NCBI GenBank assembly: GCA_965247485.1
Contig: OZ252017.1
Coordinates: 771,192 to 835,191, forward strand
Source of the DNA: Dehalococcoidia bacterium
GTDB taxonomy: Bacteria > Chloroflexota > Dehalococcoidia > DSTF01 > WHTK01
Direction of reading: 5' to 3'
Length of the DNA: 64,000 nucleotides
Part shown: positions 9,636 to 18,869 of the stretch, in pieces
Position numbering within the stretch: position 1 is the stretch's first letter
How the letters are laid out: every line of letters begins with the position of its first letter
Position numbers and translations under genes: made by a program
The notes under the pieces: model-generated
Told to the model about the DNA's origin: nothing
The model's input: only the letters and a program-made list of their open reading frames with translations
Databases searched by the model: none

Positions 9636-10340
9636 TTAGCCGTCTTGCTGCGAAGCCGATGACTGAGGCGCCACGGGCTGGGGCGCCGCTGGCGGACGTG
9701 CCGGCAACGGGCTGGTATCCCCGCCAGTTGGGTCGGCGGCAGGCTGCAACTCGTCCGAGCGCCGCTGCGGCTCAAGTGGCTGCGATCTCGCCGCTCGCTC
9801 GGTTTGCCGTTCGGTTCTGGGGCGTTCCTGCCGTCCGCGCCCCGGTTTTTGTTGTCGCTGGGGCTGCGGCTCCGGCGGCACCGGAATCGGCCGGTCCGTT
9901 GCGCAGTAGGGGCAGGCAACCCAGCTAGTGCGGATTGAGCGGGCGCAGTTGCGACAGGACTCGCGCAGAGTCGTGCGGCAATGCGGGCAAATGTTGAAAT
10001 CGTCGTCGACCGGACGACGGCAGGTCTGACAGCTGTTGGCGGTGAGCTGGAGCTCATGCAAAATCGCTTCCGATTCCAGCGAACGCTCGTAGGGGTCGGC
10101 AATTGTGTTCTGCGGCCGGATCACCAAATAGACCACCAGACCCGGGACATTAAACACTGCTACCAGAAGAACAGCAATTAGCTGTGAGATCTGGTCCGAG
10201 GTGCGATGCCGCACATCGGAGTAGGTCCAAATGATGGCGCTAAACCACAGGACCAGCGTGTAGGAGAGCAGAATCAGACCGCCAAGCCTCAGCGCCGATT
10301 CAAGACTCCCGCCCGGCCATTCGCTGAAAAGATCTGTCAT
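9636..10340 (-). CDS. membrane protein with double zinc-ribbon (4x CxxC) and Pro/Arg-rich tail
   Basis: Two N-terminal TM helices, then CQTCRR...CPHCRT...CRNCAR...CPYCAT. Confidence 0.5.
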   Translation of the reverse strand: MTDLFSEWPGGSLESALRLGGLILLSYTLVLWFSAIIWTYSDVRHRTSDQISQLIAVLLVAVFNVPGLVVYLVIRPQNTIADPYERSLESEAILHELQLTANSCQTCRRPVDDDFNICPHCRTTLRESCRNCARSIRTSWVACPYCATDRPIPVPPEPQPQRQQKPGRGRQERPRTERQTERAARSQPLEPQRRSDELQPAADPTGGDTSPLPARPPAAPQPVAPQSSASQQDG

Positions 10341-10662
10341 TGGTTTGTCCGATTTGCTGCGCTTGACTGGCTTCGCCTGTCAGGCTTCGCTTCACTTGTC
10401 ATGCTTCGACCCTGAAGCTGCGCTGATTTCTAACGCTTCGGCAATTGTAACACGGGGCCCTTGCGGGCTTTAGACCCTTAACCCGCGCTTATTATGTAAC
10501 GCGAATCGAACGATTTTGTTGCGTTTTTCCTGGCCAAGCCAGGCAACAGCCGCCACAGCAGGCCGGCGGCCGATGGAGGCAGCATTTGGACGTATCTAGG
10601 CTGCCTTAGACGGCGACAGCCGTGAGTAGGCGAAGCCGGTTCCTGCTAGAATCGGGTAGCAA

Positions 10663-12951
10663 ATGTCAGTCCTCGATCGCCTCAATCCGGCTCAGCACGA
10701 CGCAGTAATCCACGCTCAGGGCCCCTTGCTGATCCTCGCCGGACCCGGCAGCGGCAAGACGCGTGTGATCAGCCACCGCATCGCCCATCTGATCGGTGAA
10801 AGCGGGACGCCGCCTGGCAAAATCATGGCCGTCACCTTCACCAACAAGGCAGCGCGCGAGCTGCGCGAACGGGTCGAAGGTCTACTTGGCAGCGTCGCCC
10901 GCGGCGTCACGCTGGGCACCTTCCACAGCGTCTGCTCGCGCATCTTGCGCGCCGATGGCGACCCAATCGGCGTGCCCAGCGCCTTTGTGATCTACGACGA
11001 TGCCGACCAGATGTCGCTAATGAAGCGCGTCTGCACCGAATTCGGCTTCGACCCCAAGCAATACCCGCCACGCGCCATCCTCTCGCTGATCTCCCGCGCC
11101 AAAAGCGACCTCATAACCGCCGACGCCTTCTCCTCCAAAGTAAGCAGCTACTTTGAAGAGATTGCTGCCCGAGCCTACGCGCGTTACCAGGCCTTGCTCA
11201 GCGAAAACGCCGCCCTCGATTTCGACGACATCATCATGAAAACGGTCGAGCTGCTGCGTGAGGATGACGAGGTCCGCGAGCGCCTCCAGGACCGCTACGA
11301 GCAGGTGCTAGTCGATGAGTTCCAGGACACCAACACCTCGCAATACGTCCTCGCCCGCCTGCTGGCGCCGCCGCCCGACGCCAACATCTGTGTGGTCGGC
11401 GACCCCGACCAGTCGATCTACTCCTGGCGCGCCGCCGATATCCGCAACATCCTCAACTTCGAGCGCGACTACCCGAAAACCGTGGTCGTCAACCTCGATC
11501 AGAACTACCGCTCCACCCAGACGATTCTCGACGGCGCCATGGGGATCATCGGCGTCAACACCCAGCGCAAGGACACCAACCTCTGGACCGACAAGGGCCG
11601 CGGCGACCCGATCGTGGTCTACGAGGCCTACAACGACGAGCAGGAGTCCAGCTTTATCGCCGGCGAGGTTAAGCGCCTCGGTGAAAACGGCGTCAAGCTC
11701 AGCGACATTGCGATCATGTACCGCACCAACGCCCAGTCCCGCGGCCTGGAGGAGCGATTTGTCGCCGACCGCATCCCCTACCGTCTGGTCGGCGGCACCC
11801 GTTTCTACGAACGACGCGAGATCAAGGACCTGCTGGCCTACCTGCGTTTGGTGTTAAACCCCTTCGATTCGGTCAGCCTCGACCGTGTGCTAAACGTGCC
11901 CGCGCGCCGCATCGGCGACAAAACCCAGGTCGAGCTGCGCTCTTGGGCCAACTCGCTGGAGGTGCCGGTCTACACGGCGCTGCAGATGCTGGCGCCGAGC
12001 GAGGACATGCCTCCCCTGACTTCAGAAGTACCGTTCAGCCAAAACGCCCGCACAGCGCTGCTCGGCTTCCTGACCCTGTTAAACGAGCTGATCGCCCAGG
12101 CGCCGATGCTGACGGTCGGACGTTTGCTAGCTTTGGTGTTGGAGAAGACCGGCTATCGCCAGTACTTGCTGGACCAGTTCCCGGCCGACGGCGAGGAGCG
12201 CTGGGAAAACGCCCAGGAGCTGCGCAACGTCGCCTCTCAGTTCGACGAGCTCGAGCCCGAGCACGCGCTGATCCGCTTCCTCGAGGATGTCGCGCTGATG
12301 TCCGACACCGACGAGTACGACGAGAAGATCGAGGCCGTCACCCTGATCACCCTACACGCCGCCAAGGGGCTGGAGTTTCCCGTCGTGTTTATCGCCGGCA
12401 TGGAAGAGGGGATTCTGCCCCACATCCGCTCCTTTGACGACCCGGCCCAGATGGAAGAGGAGCGCCGCCTCTGCTACGTCGGCGTCACTCGCGCCAAAGA
12501 CCGCCTCTACCTGGTGCGCGCCTTCCGCCGCCTGCTCATGGGCCAGAGCAAGCACAACCCGCCCTCGCGCTTCCTCAAAGACCTGCCGGGCGAGCTGCTG
12601 CACCAGGTATCGCAAAACGTCGAATCCGCCTACGAGCGGTCCTCGCGAGGACCTGGACCAGCGCAGCGCGAGCCTGTTGAAGCCGTAAGTTCGACGCCCG
12701 ATGCCAGTGGCACCTACTTTCGTGAGCGCGTCTCGCCGGAGGCCGTAGCGGCGAGCGCCGTGCCGGAGCGAGCGTTCGCCAGCTTCAACGCCGGCGACCA
12801 CGTGCGCCACGTCAAGTTCGGCGAGGGTATCGTCGTCACGGCAGCGATGACCGCCGGCGGCTCGGACCAAGAGGTCACGGTCGCCTTTAAGGGTGACGCC
12901 GGGGTGAAGAAGCTGCTGTTGTCGTTCGCGCCGTTAGAGAAACTTTTTTGA
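10663..12951 (+). CDS. pcrA: ATP-dependent DNA helicase PcrA/UvrD family
   Basis: LNPAQHDAV...AGPGSGKTRV (motif I/Walker A), DEFQDTN, helicase motifs VI. 762 aa. TAGAAT sits about 27 nt upstream. Confidence 0.9.
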   Translation: MSVLDRLNPAQHDAVIHAQGPLLILAGPGSGKTRVISHRIAHLIGESGTPPGKIMAVTFTNKAARELRERVEGLLGSVARGVTLGTFHSVCSRILRADGDPIGVPSAFVIYDDADQMSLMKRVCTEFGFDPKQYPPRAILSLISRAKSDLITADAFSSKVSSYFEEIAARAYARYQALLSENAALDFDDIIMKTVELLREDDEVRERLQDRYEQVLVDEFQDTNTSQYVLARLLAPPPDANICVVGDPDQSIYSWRAADIRNILNFERDYPKTVVVNLDQNYRSTQTILDGAMGIIGVNTQRKDTNLWTDKGRGDPIVVYEAYNDEQESSFIAGEVKRLGENGVKLSDIAIMYRTNAQSRGLEERFVADRIPYRLVGGTRFYERREIKDLLAYLRLVLNPFDSVSLDRVLNVPARRIGDKTQVELRSWANSLEVPVYTALQMLAPSEDMPPLTSEVPFSQNARTALLGFLTLLNELIAQAPMLTVGRLLALVLEKTGYRQYLLDQFPADGEERWENAQELRNVASQFDELEPEHALIRFLEDVALMSDTDEYDEKIEAVTLITLHAAKGLEFPVVFIAGMEEGILPHIRSFDDPAQMEEERRLCYVGVTRAKDRLYLVRAFRRLLMGQSKHNPPSRFLKDLPGELLHQVSQNVESAYERSSRGPGPAQREPVEAVSSTPDASGTYFRERVSPEAVAASAVPERAFASFNAGDHVRHVKFGEGIVVTAAMTAGGSDQEVTVAFKGDAGVKKLLLSFAPLEKLF

Positions 12952-13072
12952 TCCTTTAGTCAACGCGTCCCTTCCGATTCGCCGCGGCAGTTCACGATGC
13001 CCGTGTCAAGACCCTGTATTTACGTTCGCCCCTTTTGATTGCCTAGCTTTCTTTCTGGAGGGGCGGATTCCA

Positions 13073-13318
13073 ATCGCCGAGCGAGCGAAAGGGGCCCGGG
13101 CCTAGCCCGCTTTCATCTTGGGAGCAAACGCATTTTTGCCCACGGCAAGTAAAGCCAGCATCGCTGGCGACGCATTGCCAGAATTCCAAACGGGCCCGGG
13201 CGGAGCCCGCTTTCATCCTGGCTGCAGACGCATATTTTGCCCCTGGCAAGGGTCACACCCATTGCCAGAATTCCAAACGATGGCCGGGAGGGTTAAATAT
13301 CCGGGGTGGGGCAACGCG
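13073..13318. repeat. composite repeat locus A: box1 (ATCGCCGAGCGAGCG), 2 tandem ~100-bp units (13092-13191, 13192-13280), then box2 (GGGTTAAATATCCGGGGTGGGGCAACGCG, 13290-13318)
   Basis: Tandem units share GGGCCCGGGC..AGCCCGCTTTCATC.TGG...ACGCAT.TTTTGCCC..GGCAAG...CATTGCCAGAATTCCAAAC. Box1 and box2 recur at 13966-14039 and 21162-21256. Confidence 0.55.
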
Positions 13319-13438
13319 CCGATACTCACCTGGCGTAGCAAGTCCTTCAGTGCACGCGGCCAATCGAAACTCTGCCTTCTGAGACTCAGACTGCTTCGGT
13401 GCGGCCGTTCGCGAGAGAAGCAGGCACTAAACTAAGCT

Positions 13439-13927
13439 ATGCCTATAGAGCTGCCGGACATGGACCCTTGCATCCTGTGCGACTACATCGATGGCCGCCG
13501 CGACGACTGGCTGGTAATCGAGGACTCCGAGCTGTTCGTGATCATGCTGACCGCCTTTCAGTTCGAGGTTGGTCAAGTGCTGATCATCACCAAGCGCCAC
13601 GTCTCGACCCTGATGGACGTCACCTCTGAAGAAGCTGCGGCGGTCATCGATGCCGCCCAGCGGATCAGCCGGGCAATGGTCGAGGTTCTCGACCCCGACG
13701 GCATCACCATGTACCAGAACACCGGCGCCTGGGCCGGCCAGGCCGTGCCTCACTTCCACTTCCACGTGGTGCCGCGCCAGCCCGGCAGCGATTGGGGTCT
13801 GGGGCCGCCGCATCTGGCACGGCTCGATTCCGAAGAACGCAAGGCGCAGGCGCAGGCGCCAATCCCGATAACCGAGGAAAAACGACAGACGGCCGAACAG
13901 CTAAGACGCGGCCTAAGAAAGCTCTAA
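13439..13927 (+). CDS. HIT family hydrolase
   Basis: Histidine triad HFHFHVVP. 162 aa. Confidence 0.8.
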   Translation: MPIELPDMDPCILCDYIDGRRDDWLVIEDSELFVIMLTAFQFEVGQVLIITKRHVSTLMDVTSEEAAAVIDAAQRISRAMVEVLDPDGITMYQNTGAWAGQAVPHFHFHVVPRQPGSDWGLGPPHLARLDSEERKAQAQAPIPITEEKRQTAEQLRRGLRKL

Positions 13928-13965
13928 GAGGCTCAATTCTGCGTCGTCAGTGGGGGGCGGCTTCT

Positions 13966-14039
13966 TCTCGCCGAGTGAGCGGCAGCGAGCGAGGTGTGGG
14001 TGGGACGGGTGGGTTAAATATCCGGGGTGGGGCAACGCG
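13966..14039. repeat. composite repeat locus B: box1 TCTCGCCGAGTGAGCGGCAGCGAGCGAGGTG plus box2 GGGTTAAATATCCGGGGTGGGGCAACGCG
   Basis: Near-identical to locus C (21162-21256). Lies in the convergent HIT/HAD intergenic region. Confidence 0.55.
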
Positions 14040-14126
14040 ACGACGCTCACCGACATGACAAATTGGCTAAGGAACACTGCCAAAAGAACCGCGAGGCTAC
14101 AAAAGTGTCTGCCGCAGTCATGGCGC

Positions 14127-14858
14127 CTAGGTTTGCGGAGCCATGAGCGCAGGCAGCTCCACCAGAGACGTAATCTCAAAGTCCGGTCGAGGGTCGCCGT
14201 CCCGCAGCTCGACGCCCTGATCTCGATATCGATTGATCCAGACCGAAGTGATCCCGGCCGCGTTGGCGCCGCCGATGTCGGCCATGAGGTTGTCACCGAC
14301 GTGCCAAGCGTTCTCGGCCTTCACTCCCAGACCATCCAGGGCGAGGTTGAATACCTTAGCGTCCGGCTTGGCGACGCCGATTTCGCCCGAGACGATGACA
14401 GCGCCGAAACGCTCTTCGATGCCGTTGCCACGCAGCGCTCCGCGTTGGCGACCGGAGGCATCGTTGGTGATCACCGCCAGCGGCAGGTGGTTTGGCAGCC
14501 GGGCCAAAAGCTGGGCGGCATCCCCGTAGAGAACTAGCGACTCGATATGCAACTGCCAGTGCATCTCGGCGGCTGCGCTGACTAGCGCCTCGTCGTTGAA
14601 GCCACAGGTGGCGAGCGCCCGCCGCCAAACCTGAAAGTTAACGCCTGGGTCTTGGATGCGTCCCAAGATCCAGTCCTGCTCGATCTCGGGCCAAACGGCC
14701 GCGAAGGCCTCCCGATCCGCCTTTTGTAGCCGCGCAGCGTCGAGACCGTCAGTGGCAGCGGAGATCGCCTCGCAGGTGCGCGCTATCGCCTCGGTGTTGC
14801 CGCCGCCGTCGAGCAGCGTGCCGTCCAGGTCGAACAGCAGGGCTTGCGGAGGGTTCAT
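14127..14858 (-). CDS. HAD-IA family hydrolase (phosphatase)
   Basis: LLFDLDGTLLDG motif I. C-terminal VGDNLMADIGGANAAG motif. Confidence 0.75.
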   Translation of the reverse strand: MNPPQALLFDLDGTLLDGGGNTEAIARTCEAISAATDGLDAARLQKADREAFAAVWPEIEQDWILGRIQDPGVNFQVWRRALATCGFNDEALVSAAAEMHWQLHIESLVLYGDAAQLLARLPNHLPLAVITNDASGRQRGALRGNGIEERFGAVIVSGEIGVAKPDAKVFNLALDGLGVKAENAWHVGDNLMADIGGANAAGITSVWINRYRDQGVELRDGDPRPDFEITSLVELPALMAPQT

Positions 14859-15142
14859 GGTATCAGGATTTCAGGCGTGCCAGGCGGCAAAGACCAGAGC
14901 TTCATGTGCGACCAGCTCGTAAGTCGATGTAGAATCGGAAATCAAGAACTTTTAATTCCGCGCTAAGGAGCATCTTCGGATCGTTGACAGCCAAGACAGT
15001 TCGCCTGAGCGAAGTCTAGATAACACTCGCGACCTAGTCCTTCTCGTAAACGTCCAGTCCATTGACAACCAAACTCTTGAACACATCAAGATTCTCACAA
15101 TAAACGAGGATCCTATAAGCCTCGCCAAGAGCCTGCTGGCCA

Positions 15143-16882
15143 ATGCACTTCGAGCTTCGCACTAGGCTTTCAGGAGGCCTCAAGATAATTCCGGAAATCT
15201 TGGATTTCCGAGTGTGCCAGCTTGAAGGCCTCAATGGGGTTGGAAAAACCGCGGCCGTCCGGCTCCTGGAAATTGCTACCGGCAACCAACCTTACGAGGG
15301 ATCCGTCCCTCAGTGGCGCGCCTTGAAGGCATCGTTAGGCGCAGCGACCGTGAGTGTGCAATCTCTTGCCGGAGCGTCAACTCTAGATTTAGTCCTGACT
15401 CCGACGTCATGGCCCGATTTCCCAACCACGGACCTAGACTCCCTCGGTTACGCTCAAATTGACGGCCGACGAACCAGTTTGACGGAAGCAAGAACCCTGC
15501 TGTCAGTAACCAGAATTTCTGGTGATGAGACTCTTCTTGGGCACTTCCGGGGTCAGGTGGAGGACCTGGGGGAGCGCGTAACGAACGCAGCCGCGATTCT
15601 CGAGGAGCGTTGGAGCTCAGCAAAGTCACTTCTGAATCAGCTTGCCGAAGAAGTCGAAACGATTGAAAGCGTTGACATTGAATCATCTTACTTGAACCGC
15701 GAGACTCTGAGACTCAGACATCATGACCTTCGGGAAAAAAGAAGAGCTGCGGCTGATCAGGTTGGCCGAATCAAGGAATTGGAAGACGCCGAGAGCCTCA
15801 TGAAGCGCGTGCAGGCTCGTCTACCCGATCTGAACGCGCAGATGGCCTCCCTAGAAGCCGAACTAAGAGACGTGGAAGGCCAGCACCGTTCTCTTCAAGA
15901 TGAACTCAACGCACAAATTCGTAAGCAACTACAGGCCGAGCAACTTGCTGATGCTCTCGAGCGCTCGCAACGTAATCTTCACCGAGCCACGACGGACGGT
16001 CTTGAGGCCACAACAACTCTCATTAAGCTTCTGGAGTCCCTCACGCTGGAGGAAAATGCGCTTGGTCCCGAGCTGAACCGCCTCGATCAGAGGAGGGCCG
16101 ACGTCGGCCGCGAGAAGGATGACCTTGATCTGTTACCCAGCATGATTCGGCTCATAGATCGCGTACGGGAGCCGCTTCTGGACGAAAGCTTCAGCGCCCT
16201 CCGTGAGGAAACGCTGGGGGAGGTCGAAGGCAAAGGCATCACATCAAGACTCCTAGGTGAGGGTCTAGACTCACGCCGAGGTGAGTTAACTATCGGTGAT
16301 ACGTTTGATCGGCTTTTGGAGTTAGACAGGCAGATTTCCACTCTAGAGGGTCGCCGCAAAGTTGTCTTTCGCGCGCAGAGTTCAGTTGACAACCGCAATC
16401 GCGCGTCCAGACGGGTCGCGAAGTGGCAAGAGGGAGTCAACGAGCTCGAAGGGCAGATTGCCTTGCAAGAGTCAACGGACTACCAGCTAAGAGGAAGACT
16501 TAGAGATACGGAAGAATCACTAGGGTCCCTGATTCGCCAACGCGTTGAGCTGCAAACTGCTATCTCCGAGTTGTCGGTGTTTGGCTCTGAGGAAGACCTG
16601 CAGACGAGAGTGGACTTGATCCGTGCTGAAGTGTCTTCAGACCCCAGCGGAGCAACCACTTTTGCAGATGCCGTCGCCACTGGTGAGAAGGCGAGTGAGG
16701 AACTCGGCGTGGCTGCGGAGCAGCTGGCCAAGGTAGACCAAAAGATTGGGGAGTTCGAGTCACGAGTCTCGAATGTAGTCGGGCGCATCTCTACGGCTCA
16801 GCAGTTCTCCTGGGTACGGGAAACGTTGGAAGGCTATCTCCCACAGCTGGCACGGACGTGCGGCAAGCCGCTGCTCTGCTAA
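15143..16882 (+). CDS. P-loop NTPase N-terminus (GLNGVGKT) fused to a ~450-aa coiled-coil; SMC/SbcC/RecF-like head without a C-terminal ATPase half
   Basis: N-terminal IPEILDFRVCQLEGLNGVGKTAAVRLLEIATG. The rest is heptad-rich with charged Q/E/R/L content. Local GC is clearly lower than the flanks (about 14.9-17.2 kb). ORF 16858-17121 may be a frameshifted tail with no ATPase motifs. Confidence 0.5.
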   Translation: MHFELRTRLSGGLKIIPEILDFRVCQLEGLNGVGKTAAVRLLEIATGNQPYEGSVPQWRALKASLGAATVSVQSLAGASTLDLVLTPTSWPDFPTTDLDSLGYAQIDGRRTSLTEARTLLSVTRISGDETLLGHFRGQVEDLGERVTNAAAILEERWSSAKSLLNQLAEEVETIESVDIESSYLNRETLRLRHHDLREKRRAAADQVGRIKELEDAESLMKRVQARLPDLNAQMASLEAELRDVEGQHRSLQDELNAQIRKQLQAEQLADALERSQRNLHRATTDGLEATTTLIKLLESLTLEENALGPELNRLDQRRADVGREKDDLDLLPSMIRLIDRVREPLLDESFSALREETLGEVEGKGITSRLLGEGLDSRRGELTIGDTFDRLLELDRQISTLEGRRKVVFRAQSSVDNRNRASRRVAKWQEGVNELEGQIALQESTDYQLRGRLRDTEESLGSLIRQRVELQTAISELSVFGSEEDLQTRVDLIRAEVSSDPSGATTFADAVATGEKASEELGVAAEQLAKVDQKIGEFESRVSNVVGRISTAQQFSWVRETLEGYLPQLARTCGKPLLC

Positions 16883-17105
16883 CCACGCTCTCGGCCGCTA
16901 TTGGCCAAATCCGCGATCAGGCTAGTGAATTTGACCGGGCGAAAGGGCGAATCACATCTTCCTTAAGTTCTGTCGCCCGGAGGATCGGCTCGCAGTCTCT
17001 GGAAGAGACTGCTCTGGCAACGGGCAAGGAGGCCCAGGTTGAAGCCAGCAGGGTACCGGAACCAACGGTCATAAGGTCCACGTCCGGTGCCGCTAGGGGC
17101 TCCCA

Positions 17106-17145
17106 AATATCACCGCGGTGATATAATTGTCACCGCGGTGATATT
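17106..17145. repeat. double palindrome ATATCACCGCGGTGATAT / TCACCGCGGTGA, 6 nt apart
   Basis: Perfect 18-bp palindrome followed by a second 12-16-bp copy. It lies at the 3' boundary of the low-GC island, overlapping the end of ORF 16858-17121. Confidence 0.45.
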
Positions 17146-17274
17146 TGGACAATTGCTCCTCACAGATAGCTGCCCCGCCTAAATATACTAATCCTCATCT
17201 TCAGTGGCATATTCGAAGCCGCCGTGAAATCGGACATCTTCTACGGGCACGGCGCCATCTGTCTCCACCCATCA

Positions 17275-17346
17275 GCTCACTCCATTGCCACCCTCCGTCC
17301 GCCGCATGCTGATTAAGGCTCTTCTACTGGGTTTAATCGCCGCGAC
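17275..17346. promoter_or_regulatory. orphan copy (E0) of the conserved Rieske-gene upstream element (CCATTGCC ... ATTAA-N17-TTTAAT)
   Basis: Aligns by eye (about 70%) with 21375-21450 upstream of Rieske-2. Partly aligns with 18758-18843 upstream of Rieske-1. No Rieske gene follows this copy; the convergent GNAT-1 3' end does. Confidence 0.35.
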
Positions 17347-17367
17347 TGATGGACAGGCCACGCCTCT

Positions 17368-17955
17368 TTACGCCAGCCTCAAATACCAAACGAACTGCAC
17401 CTCGTCGGCGTAGGGCGGCTGATAGAAGAAGCGGTTGACGGCGCCGAGCTCGCAGCCCATGGCGGCGTAGAAGCGGCAGGCTGGGACGTTGATGTCCTGG
17501 GTCTCGATTTTGAGCAGGTGGCAGCTGCGCTCCCGCGCCCACGCGGCGGCGGCGCTGAATAGCGCCTTGCCAATCCCGCCGCGGCGGGTGTCCGGGGCCA
17601 CGCGGATGTCCCACAACGCGGCAATATCCTTGCGGCCCTCAAGAAACCAGACGTCATCGGTATCAAAGGCGACCACGGCGCCGCCGACTCGGAGGCTGTC
17701 GTCAAAAGCCGCAAAAACGGCCCATCGCGAGGTGTCCCAGCGTTTGGGCCAGTCAGTGAGGTGTTCGCCCTCGTCCGAGTCCGGATCGTCGACGTAGCCC
17801 GGCGTCACCGGCTCCAGGACCAGATTGAAGCCGCCGGTTGCCACGTCGAACGGCTCAACCCGGAATCGCGAATCGACCTCAAACGCCATCGGCACGCTCG
17901 CGTAGGCCTCGAAGGTCGCGGCAGTCGGCGGCTCTTCGACAATTGTCAGGCTCAT
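17368..17955 (-). CDS. GNAT family N-acetyltransferase (with ~90-aa N-terminal extension)
   Basis: C-terminal acetyl-CoA-binding region RRGGIGKALFSAAAAWARERSCHLLKIETQDINVPACRFYAAMGCE. Intact paralog of the disrupted copy at 20406-21072. Confidence 0.75.
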   Translation of the reverse strand: MSLTIVEEPPTAATFEAYASVPMAFEVDSRFRVEPFDVATGGFNLVLEPVTPGYVDDPDSDEGEHLTDWPKRWDTSRWAVFAAFDDSLRVGGAVVAFDTDDVWFLEGRKDIAALWDIRVAPDTRRGGIGKALFSAAAAWARERSCHLLKIETQDINVPACRFYAAMGCELGAVNRFFYQPPYADEVQFVWYLRLA

Positions 17956-17970
17956 CGAATAACCCTACTA

Positions 17971-18666
17971 CTAGACAACACCCAGCACGGCCTTGCGATG
18001 CAGCGCGCTGATGATCTCGTCCACCGTGGCCGAAGTCCAGATGTGATAGAAGGGCGATTCCAGCAGCTCGGTAAACTCGCGCTCGCCGTGCAGCGGCGCG
18101 TCCTGGTTCTGGGCCAAACGATCCTTGTGATAGATCGCCGGGTACTCGGTGAAGTGATAGAGGTAGTCCATATCGCTGTTATAGAAGGCGCAAACCGGGA
18201 TCGATTGCCAGGTTTGGCCGTTTTTGTGGTTGGGAAATTCCGCCATAATGTCGGCGTTGCTGTCCGGCTCATCGGCTAGGCTCGGTATGCTGGCGTCTGA
18301 GAATCTCTGGCCATCGCGCCGGAAGATGCGCAGCTCCATGCCGCTCAACTCTGCCATGCGCGCGAAGGTCGGCAGGTCGCGGCGACAGTCCGCGGAGAAT
18401 TCTTCGGAGATTACCAGAATTTTGGCCGGGCCGTTGGGCAGCGCCACCAGCCATCGCAACGCAGCTTCCTGGTCCTCGCTGAGCCGTGACTTTTCAAACG
18501 CATCGCGTAGGGTGGCGCTAAAGTCGATCCTCGGACCCATACCCGACTCGCGTTTGAGGTTTTGCGGCGTTCCGATATAGGCGACGTACTCTTCGAAGGT
18601 CATGCCTTGTTCGAAGCGAGCGGGAGTTACAACTGAAGAAATCGTCCCACTCTTTGGACCTTGCAA
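17971..18666 (-). CDS. hypothetical protein (231 aa), co-oriented with and immediately upstream of GNAT-1
   Basis: ORF only. No recognisable motif. 15-nt gap to GNAT-1 suggests an operon. Absent from the second, duplicated cassette. Confidence 0.45.
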   Translation of the reverse strand: MQGPKSGTISSVVTPARFEQGMTFEEYVAYIGTPQNLKRESGMGPRIDFSATLRDAFEKSRLSEDQEAALRWLVALPNGPAKILVISEEFSADCRRDLPTFARMAELSGMELRIFRRDGQRFSDASIPSLADEPDSNADIMAEFPNHKNGQTWQSIPVCAFYNSDMDYLYHFTEYPAIYHKDRLAQNQDAPLHGEREFTELLESPFYHIWTSATVDEIISALHRKAVLGVV

Positions 18667-18757
18667 CTCACGGCTGCTGACAATATCACCTCAAACCAGC
18701 GATTTCTCAACGGTGTGCCCGATAAAGTTTTCGTCCCAGGCAGTGGCAAGAAATGCA

Positions 18758-18843
18758 CGTACTCCCCATTGCCGATCGCTCCTTACCGGTCTATGATTGA
18801 CGCACTTTCGCAAGCATTTAGTTGTTCGGGACACGGTTTTTGC
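18758..18843. promoter_or_regulatory. conserved upstream element E1 (GTACTCCCCATTGCCGATCGCTCC...) preceding Rieske-1
   Basis: The first ~25 nt are near-identical to 21375-21399. The remainder is partly conserved. Confidence 0.35.
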
Positions 18844-18869
18844 CGAGTCTGGGATGGAGGCTCACCCTC

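Noticed and set aside
9596-10102. ORFs 9596-9928(+) and 9629-10102(-) overlapping the DZR membrane protein gene
   Set aside because: The 234-aa frame (9636-10340) has coherent TM plus 4xCxxC architecture. The others are Pro/Arg/Ala low-complexity overlaps.
11315-12870. Alternative-frame ORFs inside pcrA (11315-11857, 11943-12437, 12352-12870)
   Set aside because: They overlap a single continuous 762-aa helicase frame carrying all conserved motifs. Their composition is low-complexity.
15143-17121. Complete SMC/RecN/SbcC-type ATPase
   Set aside because: No signature (LSGG), Walker B or D-loop/H-loop segment is found in any frame downstream of the coiled-coil. Only the N-terminal Walker A half is present.
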